A stretch of DNA of 64,000 nucleotides. Origin: Eledone cirrhosa (Eukaryota). The notes below the pieces were generated by a model. It had not been told where the DNA came from. It searched no databases and saw only the letters and a program-made list of their open reading frames with translations. A program made the translations under genes and the position numbers. Position 1 is the first letter of the stretch. Each line of letters opens with the position of its first letter. Location: contig OZ024743.1 in the NCBI GenBank assembly GCA_964016885.1, positions 172,918,001 through 172,982,000 on the forward strand, given 5' to 3'. Positions 1 through 14,810 of this stretch are shown here, piece after piece.

Positions 1-2290
1 TTTCTTCTCTAGTTCAGCCATTGATTCGGCTATGAGCGTTAGATCATCTGCATATAGAAGTTCCCATGGGCAGCCGGTCTTGAACTCCTCCGTTATAGCT
101 TGGAGGCGATAATAAATAGGAGGGGTCTAAGGACACCAACTTTTACGCTAAACTCTTCACTAAATTCGTTGTTAATTCTAACCTTGCTGACTGTTTCTTT
201 ATACATGGCTTGTATAGCTCTCACAAGCCATTCATCTACACCTAGTTTTCTAAGAGCCCACCAGATAATAGAGCGGGGGACTCTGTCAAAGGCTTTATCC
301 AGGTCTACAAAAGCTAAGTTGAGGGGTTTACCTTTAGCTAGGTACTTCTGTAGTTGTCGTACAATGAAAAGTGTGTCTGTGGTACTTTTACCCGACACAA
401 ACCCGAACTGCATTTCATCTAGATCAATTCGCTCACTGATTAGTTGCGCTTTTTACTTTTTCTGTGACCTTCATGACCTGGTCAATTAATTTAATACCTC
501 TGTAGTTTCCCCTATCTAGGGCATCTCCTTTACCCTTGTAGCAGTTAATGATGACGCTGCTACGTCAGTCCTTTGGTATGACCCCATTCTGTATAACTTG
601 GTTTACTATCCCGGTGACCATAGTGTGTCCCACCGTTCCAGATGCTTTCAGCATTTCAGCAACTATTTCCGAAGGCCCAGCCGACTTGCCCGTCTTCATA
701 TCTTTGATTGCCTTACTTATTATACTACCTTCAACTTGCACTGCTGGTCGCTTTATTGGATCGATGTGGGGGAGGCTGTCTTTCTCCCATTTATTCGCCT
801 TTCGTAGTGACACTTCCAAGCTACCTTCTTATCAGCGTCAGTGATGGCAAGTACACCATCATCATTATGGACACACTTCTTCCCGACAATATTACGGTTC
901 TCCTCGACACATTGTCTAGCAATCCTGAACACCTCACGTTGTTGGTCCTCGCGTTGTAGAACATGCTTGAACTTTCTTTCCTCTGCTTCCCTTCTTGCGA
1001 AGTACACTTGTCTCCTAGCTTCCCTCCTACCCACTTCATAGTCTTCTCCACTTCCTCCATCCCGCCATACTTTCCAAGCCTGCTTTTTGGCCTTGATCGA
1101 CTCCTCCACCACCAAGTTACTCTCCTCCTGCCTATAGGTCTGCTCCAGCCACAGATTTCATCTGTCACCTTCAGCAGGTTAGCTTTCAGGAATTCCCACT
1201 GTTCCTCTATATTGTACGACTCTAATTGCTCTTCCTTACTGTCAAAAGCATCAAGTAATATGCTTTTAAATTTATTACTGGCTGTGGGGTCCTTTAACTT
1301 CCATATTTTTCTCCTAAGGATAGTACTCCTCTGTTGTCGAATACGTCTCATCCTGACTATGAGGTCGCTAACTATGAGTCTATGTTGGGAGGTGCATTCT
1401 TCATGGGGGAGGGATTTAGTGTTTACAACAGACACTCTGTCTCGTCTTCTGGTAAAGATATAATCTTTCTGACTGGCGTGTTCCCCTGATCTATAGGTGA
1501 TCAAGTGAGTACCAAACCCATAACTTCCATGAATTCCGTCATAGCCGTCACAGTGTTGTCCAACGTGACCATTTAGGTCGCCAGCAATAATTATATAATC
1601 ACTGTTGGTTATTTGGGAGGTAATGAGCATTAACGACTCATAGAATCTGTCTTTTATAATGCCAGGCAGTCCGGGTTGGGGTGCATACGCAGATATTATT
1701 GTCACAGTAGTTCTATTGAGGACAAGTCTTATTTTAATTATTCTGTCGTTCACTCTATTTATGTCTATTATCTTATCTACCCATTTTCCTGCTAGCATGA
1801 TTCCTACTCCACCCAGCCCATTGTCATTTCCCACCCAGAAAAGCTTATAGCATCGTTTTTTACCCACAATGAATCTAGCAGACCCACCCCTCCACCTGGT
1901 CTCTTGAATACAGCAAACATCAACCTCCTTACGTTCAAGCATCTCTACAACCTCGTTAGAGCGACCTTTTAAGGTACCTACATTCATGGTACCAACTCTG
2001 AAGTTTTGGATTGCGTTTGGTGGGTGGGAAGGACAGGGCGCAGGGAGGGGTGACAGGGCTACGTTAGCCGTCCGCGGCCTAAATAAAGAGGAGGAGTCCT
2101 TGCATTCTCGTCCGGCAGCATGAGGTGAATTTGTCTTTATCTTTGGCATTGTCACTGAGTGTCCAGATTTTTTCAGACTCTCCAGAAATCCGTAGTCCAT
2201 CCATCATATCGAAAGGCAAACAGGTCTAAACTTATGAAGTGATGACATAGGCCGCTGATTTATGATTGGTCCAAATAATAATGATGGTGA
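1..2290 (-). mobile_element. RTE-clade LINE, 5' portion (APE endonuclease and start of RT), frameshifted, runs off the window edge
   Basis: ORF 821..2200 has APE motifs (GTMNVGTL, CCIQETRW, SAYAPQ, AGDLNGHVG). Downstream fragments have RT motifs (QFGF, FVDLDKAFDRV). The 5' UTR is homologous to 58600-58760. Confidence 0.93.
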
Positions 2291-2307
2291 GTGGGGGGAG
2301 TTATCTG

Positions 2308-2520
2308 GGGTAGTTAGCGAGAAGGTTATAAAATAAAATCCACGAAATTTTGGCCATAATTGGACGAGCATATAACTAGGGTAGTTAGCGAGAAGGTTAT
2401 AAAATAAAATGCATGAAATTTTGGCCATACTTGGACGAGCATATAACTAGGGTAGTTATCGAGAAGATTATAAAATAAAATCCACGAAATTTTGGCCATA
2501 ATTGGACGAGCATATAACTG
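2308..2520. repeat. Tandem repeat, 3 x 71 bp, with a further diverged unit near 2941-3005
   Basis: GGGTAGTTA(G/T)CGAGAAG...AAATTTTGGCCATA(A/C)TTGGACGAGCATATAACT starts at 2308, 2379 and 2450. Confidence 0.9.
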
Positions 2521-3108
2521 TAATAAGGGAAGAATTATGGGATTTTAAAATACAAGAAGATTATTTTGAACGATCAGACAGAATTATCGAATAGCATTGA
2601 AAAAGAAAAGGTTGTATTCTGGACGATATGATACAGATAGATGAATGGACTAGGTAAACATGGAGAGACGAGAAAATAGCATTCGTTCATTACATTTCAC
2701 AGAAGAGCGGGCAAGCGATGTAGCCAAGAATATGGGTCGACAAATTCTGAGTTTCGTACCCCGCAACAGTTTATTTTATGTTTGAAGAGAGAGGGGATGG
2801 GATTGAGAGAGAGCCAGCAGGCATGTATACAATGTATGGGGGGGGGGGGGGGAGAATAGTATGGAGCAGGAAGGTTATTTGATAAAATCCTAGAATTTCG
2901 ACCATATTTAAATGAGCGAGGTTATTTTATAAAAATAAAAACCCGAGAGAAGTTTATAGAAGAAAATGCACAAAATTTTGGCCATAATTGGACGAGCTTA
3001 TAGCTGTAATAATATATACATATATATACATATATATATATATATACACATGCACTGAGGGACGAACTGCTAGAAAGAGCATATGTATATATATATGTAT
3101 ATATATAT

Positions 3109-3141
<33 letters not shown>

Positions 3142-3273
3142 CTCTTTCTAGCAGTTCGTCCCTCAGAGGCCACTGGTTCACTGCCCTTAAGCACGCTGTG
3201 ATTTCTCTCTCCCAAGTGTAGCTGGACAGTCAATTTTAAAATTCTCTTAGTGTTGTTTGAAATGTATAGCCTT

Positions 3274-3353
3274 ACACACGCTGATGAACCGAGGCTAACC
3301 CATTTCTTTCAACAAATTATTGGTGAAACATATCTTTGGATTTGTACGTGTGT
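3274..3353 (+). ncRNA. Type I hammerhead ribozyme
   Basis: Stem I ACACACG/CGTGTGT; core CTGATGA 3281-3287; stem II ACCGA/TTGGT; GAAA 3325-3328; stem III ACA/TGT; GUA cleavage triplet. Confidence 0.8.
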
Positions 3354-4361
3354 TATATAGTTATAGAGGTATTTATTTACGCTTTAATTTATATTTTTAA
3401 TTATCGTGTCTATAGTCTGCCTTTCATAGGTTATAGATTCCATACACTGGTGGTTTTTTTCCCTGTATTATTGATAAAGCACTGTATATCTCTCCCTGTT
3501 GTGTTACCTTTTCAACATATTGTATTTTAAAGAGCAAATCAAATACATTATTTACAGGGAATAGCGAAGGCCTATGCGTCCGTTAATTTATCGTTATATA
3601 TATACATATATATATATATACACATATATATATATATACACATATATATATATATACACATATATATATATATACACATATATATATATATACACATATA
3701 TATATATATATACACATATATATATATATATATATACACATATATATATATATATATACACATATATATATATATATACACATATATATATATACACATA
3801 TATATATATACACACATATATATATATACACACATATATATATATACACACATATATATATATACACATATATATATATATACACATATATATATATACA
3901 CACATATATAAATATACACACATATATAAATATACACACATATATAAATATATACACATATATAAATATATACACACATATATATACACACATATATATA
4001 TATATACACATATATATATATACACATATATAAATATATATACACATATATATACACACATATATATATATATACACATATATATATATACACATATATA
4101 TATATACACACATATATATATACACACATATATATATACACATATATATATACACATATATATATACACATATATATATATATACACACATATATATATA
4201 TATACACATATATATATATATATACACATATATATATATATACACATATATATATACACATATATATATACACATATATATATACACATATATATACACA
4301 CACACATATATACACATATATATATACACATATTTATATACATATACATATATATATATAT

Positions 4362-5075
4362 ATTATGAAGAGAGAAGAAACATTTAGATATAATTAGTAA
4401 TAAAATGTATCATACCTAAACTGCTCCTAAATTCCTCGACTACGTAGTTTCGTGGCATAAACAAAAACAATATATCAAAGATATAGAGTCCTTGCGAGGT
4501 CTGCCAACTTATCAAGAGGATACCTCATTTTACTAGTCTCAAGAACGCGTCTACACGACGTGAGAAAGAATCCCAAAAGGCGGAGGGGGAGATAGTCACG
4601 CGATATAACGGTCGAGAAACAGAGCTAAGCCTCTTATAACCACGAAGAAAATACCACGGAGGCGGAGGGGGTATTCATATCGAGGCCGTAGAAGAGGTAG
4701 TGAAGAAGGCGAGAAGTATGAGTAATGGAAGCTTTCCAGTTGTCCCCACACTTCAAAGATTGCTCGACCAGAGGGAGTTATTAATATATTTAGAAACACA
4801 CAGATACATGCGGACACACACATATATACATGAATGCATCCGCACCCAACTGTGAGTTAAGGGTGCCAACTTCACCGATGTTGCTCAATGAATGACTGGG
4901 ACAGACCAATTCAGTTTGAACCAGACTGAACCAGTATCAGAGTTAAAAATACATTATGAAGAGAGAAGAAACATTTAGATATAATTAGTAATAAAATGTA
5001 TCATACCTAAACTGCTCCTAAATTCCTCGACTACGTAGTTTCGTGGCATAAACAAAAACAATATATCAAAGATAT
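4362..5075 (-). mobile_element. Non-coding hammerhead-bearing element (retrozyme or Penelope pLTR-like) with ~120-bp terminal direct repeat
   Basis: 4362-4485 is repeated at 4953-5075 (period 591). It is flanked by (TA)n on both sides and has no ORF with homology. Confidence 0.72.
4433..4520 (-). ncRNA. Type I hammerhead ribozyme, U3-A8 core variant
   Basis: Minus strand reads TCCTC-TTGATAA-GTTGGCA...TGCCAC-GAAA-CTACGTAG-TC-GAGGA. Stem III is palindromic and the site is GUC. Confidence 0.8.
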
Positions 5076-5090
5076 ATATATATATATACA

Positions 5091-5152
5091 TGGGCGGTGC
5101 CCCAGCATGGCCTCAGCCGGATGGCTGAAACAGGTAAAAGAGTAAAAGAGTA
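5091..5152 (+). mobile_element. SINE 3' fragment with GTAAAAGA tail repeats
   Basis: GGCGGTGCCCCAGCATGGC...GAAACAGGTAAAAGAGTAAAAGAG. A related opposite-strand sequence lies at about 50265-50313. Confidence 0.55.
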
Positions 5153-5191
5153 TATATATATATACATATATAGACACATATATATATACAC

Positions 5192-5224
<33 letters not shown>

Positions 5225-5441
5225 CATATATATACATACATAAACATATATATATATACATATATACACATACATAAACATATATATATATACATATATA
5301 CATACATATATAAACATATATATATATACATATATAAACATATATATATATACATATATACACATACATATATATATATATATACATATACATATACATA
5401 TATATATATACATATACGTCTATATACATATACATATATAC

Positions 5442-5472
<31 letters not shown>

Positions 5473-5550
5473 CATATATATATATACATATATATATATA
5501 CATATATATATATACATACATATATATATACATATATATATATATACATA

Positions 5551-5602
<52 letters not shown>

Positions 5603-5653
5603 CATATATATATACATATATATATATACATATATATATATACATATATATAT

Positions 5654-5700
<47 letters not shown>

Positions 5701-5713
5701 CATATATATATAC

Positions 5714-5744
<31 letters not shown>

Positions 5745-5753
5745 CATATATAC

Positions 5754-5802
<49 letters not shown>

Positions 5803-5885
5803 CATATATACATATATATATATACATATACACATATATATATATACATATATATATATATACATATATATACATATATATATAC

Positions 5886-5916
<31 letters not shown>

Positions 5917-6139
5917 CATATATATACATATATATATATATACATATATATATATACATATATATATATACATATATATACATATATATATATACATATA
6001 TATATATACATATATATATATACATATATATATATACATATATATATATACATATATATATATACATATATATACATATATATACATATATATATATATA
6101 CATATATATATATACATATATATACATATATATATATAC

Positions 6140-6176
<37 letters not shown>

Positions 6177-6219
6177 CATATATATATATACATATATATA
6201 CATATATATATACATATAC

Positions 6220-6250
<31 letters not shown>

Positions 6251-6287
6251 CATATATATATATACATATATATACATATATATATAC

Positions 6288-6328
<41 letters not shown>

Positions 6329-6461
6329 TATACATATATATATATACATATATATACATATATATATACATATATATTCATATATATATATATATACATA
6401 TATATTCATATATATATATATATATACATATATATTCATATATATATATATATATATATAC

Positions 6462-6602
<141 letters not shown>

Positions 6603-6709
6603 CATATATATACATATATATATATACATATATATACATATATATATACATATATATTCATATATATATATATATACATATATATTCATATATATATATA
6701 TATATATAC

Positions 6710-6788
<79 letters not shown>

Positions 6789-6921
6789 CATATATATACA
6801 TATATATATATATACATATATATACATATACATATATATACATATACATATATATATATATACGTATATATATATATACATATATATATATACATATATA
6901 TACATATATACATATATATAC

Positions 6922-6954
<33 letters not shown>

Positions 6955-6997
6955 CATATATATATATACATATATATATATAAATATATATATATAC

Positions 6998-7110
<113 letters not shown>

Positions 7111-7111
7111 C

Positions 7112-7178
<67 letters not shown>

Positions 7179-7191
7179 CATATATATATAC

Positions 7192-7306
<115 letters not shown>

Positions 7307-7315
7307 CATATATAC

Positions 7316-7346
<31 letters not shown>

Positions 7347-7393
7347 CATATATACATATATATATACATATATATATATATATACATATATAC

Positions 7394-7457
<64 letters not shown>

Positions 7458-7460
<3 letters not shown>

Positions 7461-8392
7461 AAAACAAATAACGAAACGAAATTAAATTTCGTTTCGTTTG
7501 TAACTCACTTTTGTATGACTGACGCTTAAACAATTAAGTTAAAAATGTACATCTACATATGCATACTGAAATACTAGTATGCATATGAATACACACACGT
7601 ATACATATGTAGATGTACCAAGTCTTTCACTGGTTACTTTACTGTGAGTAATCCAGCTATTCTGTATGTAAACACACAGACAAACCGGTTTTTAGAGTCA
7701 TACTGGTTTTTGAGGAAACACCTTTCCTCTATTACTCACATTAAAGTAACCAGTGAAAGACTTGGTACATCTACATATGTATACGTGTGTGTATTCATAT
7801 GCATACTAGTATTTCAGTATGCATATGTAGATGTACATTTTTAACTTAATTCTTTAAGCGTCAGTCATACAAAAGTGAGTTACAAACGAAACGAAATTTA
7901 ATTTCGTTTCGTTATTTGTTTTTATCGTCTCCGTTGAACCGGTACGTACTCACACTCTATGCAAATTAGTCTGCCCACTACTAATTTTCATAGAAAAAGC
8001 ATATAACGATATGTGCTTTTACGATTCTCCAGAAAGGCCGGTAGATAGGTAAATATAGCTGATGAGTTGTAACAACAACGAAACTAGTTCAATATTCCTT
8101 GTCTGGCTTTCTGAAGAATAGAGGAAAGGTGTTTCCTCAAAAACCAGTATGACTCTAAAAACCGGTTTGTCTGTGTGTTTACATACAGAATAGCTGGATT
8201 ACTCACAGTAAAGTAACCAGTGAAAGACTTGGTACATCTACATATGTATACGTGTGTGTATTCATATGCATACTAGTATTTCAGTATGCATATGTAGATG
8301 TACATTTTTAACTTAATTGTTTAAGCGTCAGTCATACAAAAGTGAGTTACAAACGAAACGAAATTTAATTTCGTTTCGTTATTTGTTTTTAT
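7458..8392 (+). mobile_element. Non-coding hammerhead-bearing element with inverted 5' copy and partial tandem duplication
   Basis: 7458-7733 is the reverse complement of 8117-8392. 7734-7925 is a direct repeat of 8201-8392 (period 467). It is embedded in (TA)n. Confidence 0.8.
8052..8096 (+). ncRNA. Minimal type I hammerhead ribozyme
   Basis: AATATAG-CTGATGA-GTTGT(AACA)ACAAC-GAAA-CTAG-TT-CAATATT. Stem III is the palindrome AACTAGTT. Stem I can extend via CAGAAAGGCCGG/CTGGCTTTCTG. Confidence 0.8.
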
Positions 8393-8504
8393 ATATACAT
8401 ATATATATACATATACATATATATATATACATATATATATATATACATATATATATATACATATATATATATATACATATATATATATACATATATATAT
8501 ATAC

Positions 8505-8551
<47 letters not shown>

Positions 8552-8658
8552 CATATATACATATATATATATACACATATATATATATATACATATATAC
8601 ATATATATATATACACATATATATATACACATATATATATACACATATATATATACAC

Positions 8659-8753
<95 letters not shown>

Positions 8754-8932
8754 CATATATATATATACATATATATATATACATATATATATATACATAT
8801 ATATATATACATATATACATATACATATATACATATATACATATATACATATATACATATACATATATACATATACATATATACATATATACATATATAT
8901 ATATACATATACATATATATATATATATATAC

Positions 8933-8991
<59 letters not shown>

Positions 8992-8994
8992 TAC

Positions 8995-9041
<47 letters not shown>

Positions 9042-9261
9042 CATATATACATATATATATACATATATATATACATATATACATATATATATATACATAT
9101 ATACATATACATATATATATATACATATATATATATACATATATATATACACATATATATACACATATATATATACATATATATATACATATATATATAC
9201 ATATACATATATATATACATATATATATACATATATATATACATATATATACATATATATA

Positions 9262-9870
9262 TGGTGGCTGCCAACTCGTTTTCGAGTACGGCCACTACTT
9301 CATATCCATGTAGGAGAACCTCTACCGATGCGCTGAATGACTGACTTTTTAGTCCAGCCAGCGACTTGAAAACTCTGGTACAAACACTACACTTGTGACA
9401 ATTATTGACACATAGTGCTAGGCCCATGGTACCATGTGACGACAAGTGCAGAGAGATCTCCAGATATAAAGCAATGCCTGTGCCGTGAAGCTTTTATAGT
9501 GAGCAAAGGCACTGCACAAAGCCAGTCCCACTCACTTAACCAAGATGATATTTACCAAAAAGAAGAACAAGTCAACATCATTGGATACCATCAGGGTTGC
9601 AGGTGTTATATCAGAGTTTTCCTTCTCCTAGAATTCTGCCTTGACAAAGGCTAAGGGGTCATCTCTCCCGGTGATTCTGGATGGCCATTGACTCTTAAGA
9701 GCTCCTTTGCCCTTTGACAGGTTTTGTTTTTAGTCCTGCAGGATGTCCAAAGTCACCCTCCTCACCAAGAAACCTTGGTGGGGTTGCCAGTTTAGTCGCC
9801 AACGACCCGACCATGGGACAGGTTGTACTGGGATACATGTTACCAGTAGCACCAACTGGTGACCTGACAA
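9262..9870 (-). mobile_element. ~600-bp non-autonomous, internally deleted RTE-like element
   Basis: Near-identical reverse complement of 29258-29860. It has an RTE-like 5' UTR motif (CTAGGAGAAGGAAAACTCTGA) and a terminal C2H2 remnant ([16 protein letters not shown]). Confidence 0.7.
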
Positions 9871-10456
9871 TACATACATATATATACACATACATACATA
9901 TATATACACATACATACATATATATACACACATACATACATATATATACACACATACATACATATATATACACACATACATACATATATATACACACATA
10001 CATATATATATATACACACATACATACATATATATACACATACATACATATATATACACATACATACATATATATATATAGATACATATATATATATAGA
10101 TACATATATATATATACACATACATATATATATATACACATACATATATATATACACACATACATATATATATACACACATACATATATACACACATACA
10201 CACATACATATATACACACATACACACATACATATATATATACACATACATACATATATATATACACATACATACATATATATATACACATACATACATA
10301 CACATATACATATACATACATACATATATACATATACATACATACATATATACATATACATACATACATATATATATATACATACATACATACATATATA
10401 TATATACATACATATATATATACATACATATATATATACATACATATATATATACA

Positions 10457-10572
10457 TGGTGGCTGCCAACTCGTTTTCGAGTACGGCCACTACTTTATAT
10501 CCATGTAGGAGAACCCCTACCGATGCGCTGAACGAGTGTGACTTTTCAGTCCAGCCAGCGACTTGAAAACTC
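10457..10572 (-). mobile_element. 5'-truncated copy of the 9262-9870 element
   Basis: Matches 9262-9375 and is flanked by (TA)n. Confidence 0.85.
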
Positions 10573-10607
10573 TATATATACATATATATATATACATATA
10601 TATATAC

Positions 10608-10638
<31 letters not shown>

Positions 10639-10702
10639 CATATATATATTATATACATATATATACATATATACATATATATACATATATACATATATAT
10701 AC

Positions 10703-10733
<31 letters not shown>

Positions 10734-10734
10734 C

Positions 10735-10765
<31 letters not shown>

Positions 10766-10766
10766 C

Positions 10767-10797
<31 letters not shown>

Positions 10798-10812
10798 CAT
10801 ATATATATATAT

Positions 10813-10857
<45 letters not shown>

Positions 10858-10874
10858 CATATATACATATATAC

Positions 10875-10922
<48 letters not shown>

Positions 10923-11087
10923 ATATACATATATATATATACATATATATATACATATATATATACATATATATATACATATATATATATACATATATAT
11001 ATATACATATATATATACATATATATATACATATATATATACATATATATATATACATATATATATACATATATATATATACATATA

Positions 11088-11123
<36 letters not shown>

Positions 11124-11127
11124 TACA

Positions 11128-11239
<112 letters not shown>

Positions 11240-11334
11240 TACATATATATATACATATATATATACATATATACATATATATACATATATATATATATAT
11301 ATACATATATATATACATACATATATATATACAT

Positions 11335-11447
<113 letters not shown>

Positions 11448-11461
11448 TACATATATATACA

Positions 11462-11551
<90 letters not shown>

Positions 11552-11576
11552 CATATATATACATATATATATATAT

Positions 11577-11631
<55 letters not shown>

Positions 11632-11744
11632 CATATATATACATATATATACATATATATACATATATACATATATACATATATATACATATATATACAT
11701 ATACGATATTAAACAAATGGAAACTATATTTATAAAACCATATT

Positions 11745-11808
11745 TATTTCGTTATATATATTTCTGGGATATCATTAAAAATATGGTATGCCTTCCTCAG
11801 ACAAAATA
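11745..11808 (-). ncRNA. Type I hammerhead ribozyme in island ~11703-12070
   Basis: Minus strand reads TATTTTGT-CTGAGGA-(imperfect stem II)-GAAA-TATATA-TA-ACGAAATA. Stem I is 8 bp and the site is AUA. Confidence 0.72.
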
Positions 11809-12203
11809 CAATATATAAGCTGTTTTATAAATAATTTTGACATACCTTAGAATAATGCAACTTCCATTTAAAAAGTTGATTTGGTAGTGAAACTGTTGAG
11901 GACAGTTATAGAGAAAGAAAGATGAAGATAAAAAGAAGAAGATGAAGAGATGTATGTAAAGAGAAACAACAGAGCGAGATAGAGAGAGAAATATATTGAG
12001 GAAGTGAAAAAATAGTAGGCAGCTTTGGGACAGATGATCCTCGTACAAGTGAGAGGTTAAGGGGGGAAGGGATATATATACATATATATAGACATATATA
12101 TATATATATACATATATATACATATATACACATATATATATACACATATATATATACATATATATATACATATATATATACATATATATATACATATATA
12201 TAC

Positions 12204-12248
<45 letters not shown>

Positions 12249-12249
12249 C

Positions 12250-12314
<65 letters not shown>

Positions 12315-12844
12315 CATATATATACATATATATATACATATATATATACATATATATATACATATATATACATATAAATACATATATATACATATATACA
12401 TATATATACATATATATATATACATATATATACATATACACATATATATACATATACACATATATATACATATACATATATACATATATATACATATACA
12501 TATATATACATATACATATATATACATACATATATATACATATACATATATATACATATACATATATATATATATATATATACATATATACATACATATA
12601 TATATATATATATACATATATACATACATATATATATATATATATACATATATACATACATATATACATACATATATACATACATATATACATACATATA
12701 TACATATACATATATATACATATATACATATACATATATATACATATATACATATACATATATATATATACATACATATACATATACATATATATATATA
12801 CATGTATGAAAAAGAACACACGAGCGTCTACAACATCAAAAGAG

Positions 12845-12906
12845 TTTTATTGGCTAACAATGTTTCTTCCTTACGTGTAACCGTAGGATTCATCAGAGCT
12901 ATAAAA
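12845..12906 (-). ncRNA. Type I hammerhead ribozyme in island ~12802-13480
   Basis: Minus strand reads TTTTATAGCT-CTGATGA-ATCCTACG(GTTACA)CGTAAGGAA-GAAA-CATTG-TT-AGCCAATAAAA. Confidence 0.7.
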
Positions 12907-13611
12907 GGGGTTTGATTGGTGTTATGGACTCTACCAACCAAACACCCAAGAACAAAGGGTAGAGAGAGTAAAGAGCAAAAGTAGGGGACGATAGGACTAA
13001 TTTTGGTGCGGGAGGGTGGGGTGTTGGTCCTTGTTTACTAGCTGCGGTCATATTCATTCCCGGGGGTCAGGTGGTTAGCTGAACCATAGATGGGGTGGCG
13101 TGGGTAGTATGGTGCAGAGGGTGCGCAGAGGCTACACAAACACAAAGGGCGTAGAATACATATATACATATAGCGGAGGAGAAGGTACATGAGGTAATTA
13201 GAAAAGGAAAAAGAGTAATAATAATAATCTATAATTAATAGTGTATAATAAGGCATGGGGAAGATTACACTATAATAAGGTATAAAGGTAAGAATAAAGT
13301 AAAATATAAAGGAGGATGAAAGTGGAAATAATACTAAAGATAAAAAATATATAGAGAATATATAAGGAAATATAAGCGAATATTTGGAGGGGAAAACACA
13401 ATGTAAAAAAAAACAATTTTTTTCACTGCCAATACCTTAACGGGAAACGGGTATATAATACCTAACTCCTACTAACCTAAGTATATATATATATATACAT
13501 ACATATACATATATATATATACATACATATAAATATATATACACATACACATATATATATATACATATACATATATATATATACATATATACATATATAC
13601 ATATACATACA

Positions 13612-13647
<36 letters not shown>

Positions 13648-13868
13648 TATATACATACATATACATATACATACATATACATATACATACATATACATAT
13701 ATACATATATATATACATACATACATATATATATATATATACATATACATACATATATATACATATATATATATATACATACATATACATACATATATAT
13801 ACATATATATATATATATACATACATATACATACATATATATACATATATATATATATATACATACAT

Positions 13869-13899
<31 letters not shown>

Positions 13900-13918
13900 C
13901 ATATACATACATATACAT

Positions 13919-13957
<39 letters not shown>

Positions 13958-13966
13958 CATACATAT

Positions 13967-14011
<45 letters not shown>

Positions 14012-14065
14012 CATACATATACATACACACATATATATATATATATATATAAATATATATATATA

Positions 14066-14104
<39 letters not shown>

Positions 14105-14109
14105 CATAC

Positions 14110-14146
<37 letters not shown>

Positions 14147-14184
14147 CATACATATACATACATATATATATATATATACATACA

Positions 14185-14222
<38 letters not shown>

Positions 14223-14309
14223 CATATATACATATACATACATATATACATATACATATATCCATATAGATACATATACATACATATATATATACATATA
14301 TATATATAC

Positions 14310-14345
<36 letters not shown>

Positions 14346-14376
14346 ATATATACATATATATCTATATACATATATA

Positions 14377-14417
<41 letters not shown>

Positions 14418-14621
14418 ATATATACATATATATCTATATACATATATATATATATATACATATATATATACATATATATATGTACATATATATACATATA
14501 TAGACATATATATATACATATACATATATATATGTACATATATATACATATATATATATATACATATATATATAGACATATATATATACATATACATATA
14601 TATATACATATATCTATATAT

Positions 14622-14660
<39 letters not shown>

Positions 14661-14663
14661 TCT

Positions 14664-14697
<34 letters not shown>

Positions 14698-14699
14698 AT

Positions 14700-14730
<31 letters not shown>

Positions 14731-14776
14731 CATATATATACATATATATACATATATATACATATATATATACACA

Positions 14777-14810
<34 letters not shown>

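Noticed and set aside
2308-2520. CRISPR-like array
   Set aside because: These are whole-unit tandem repeats without unique spacers, the context is eukaryotic and there are no cas genes.
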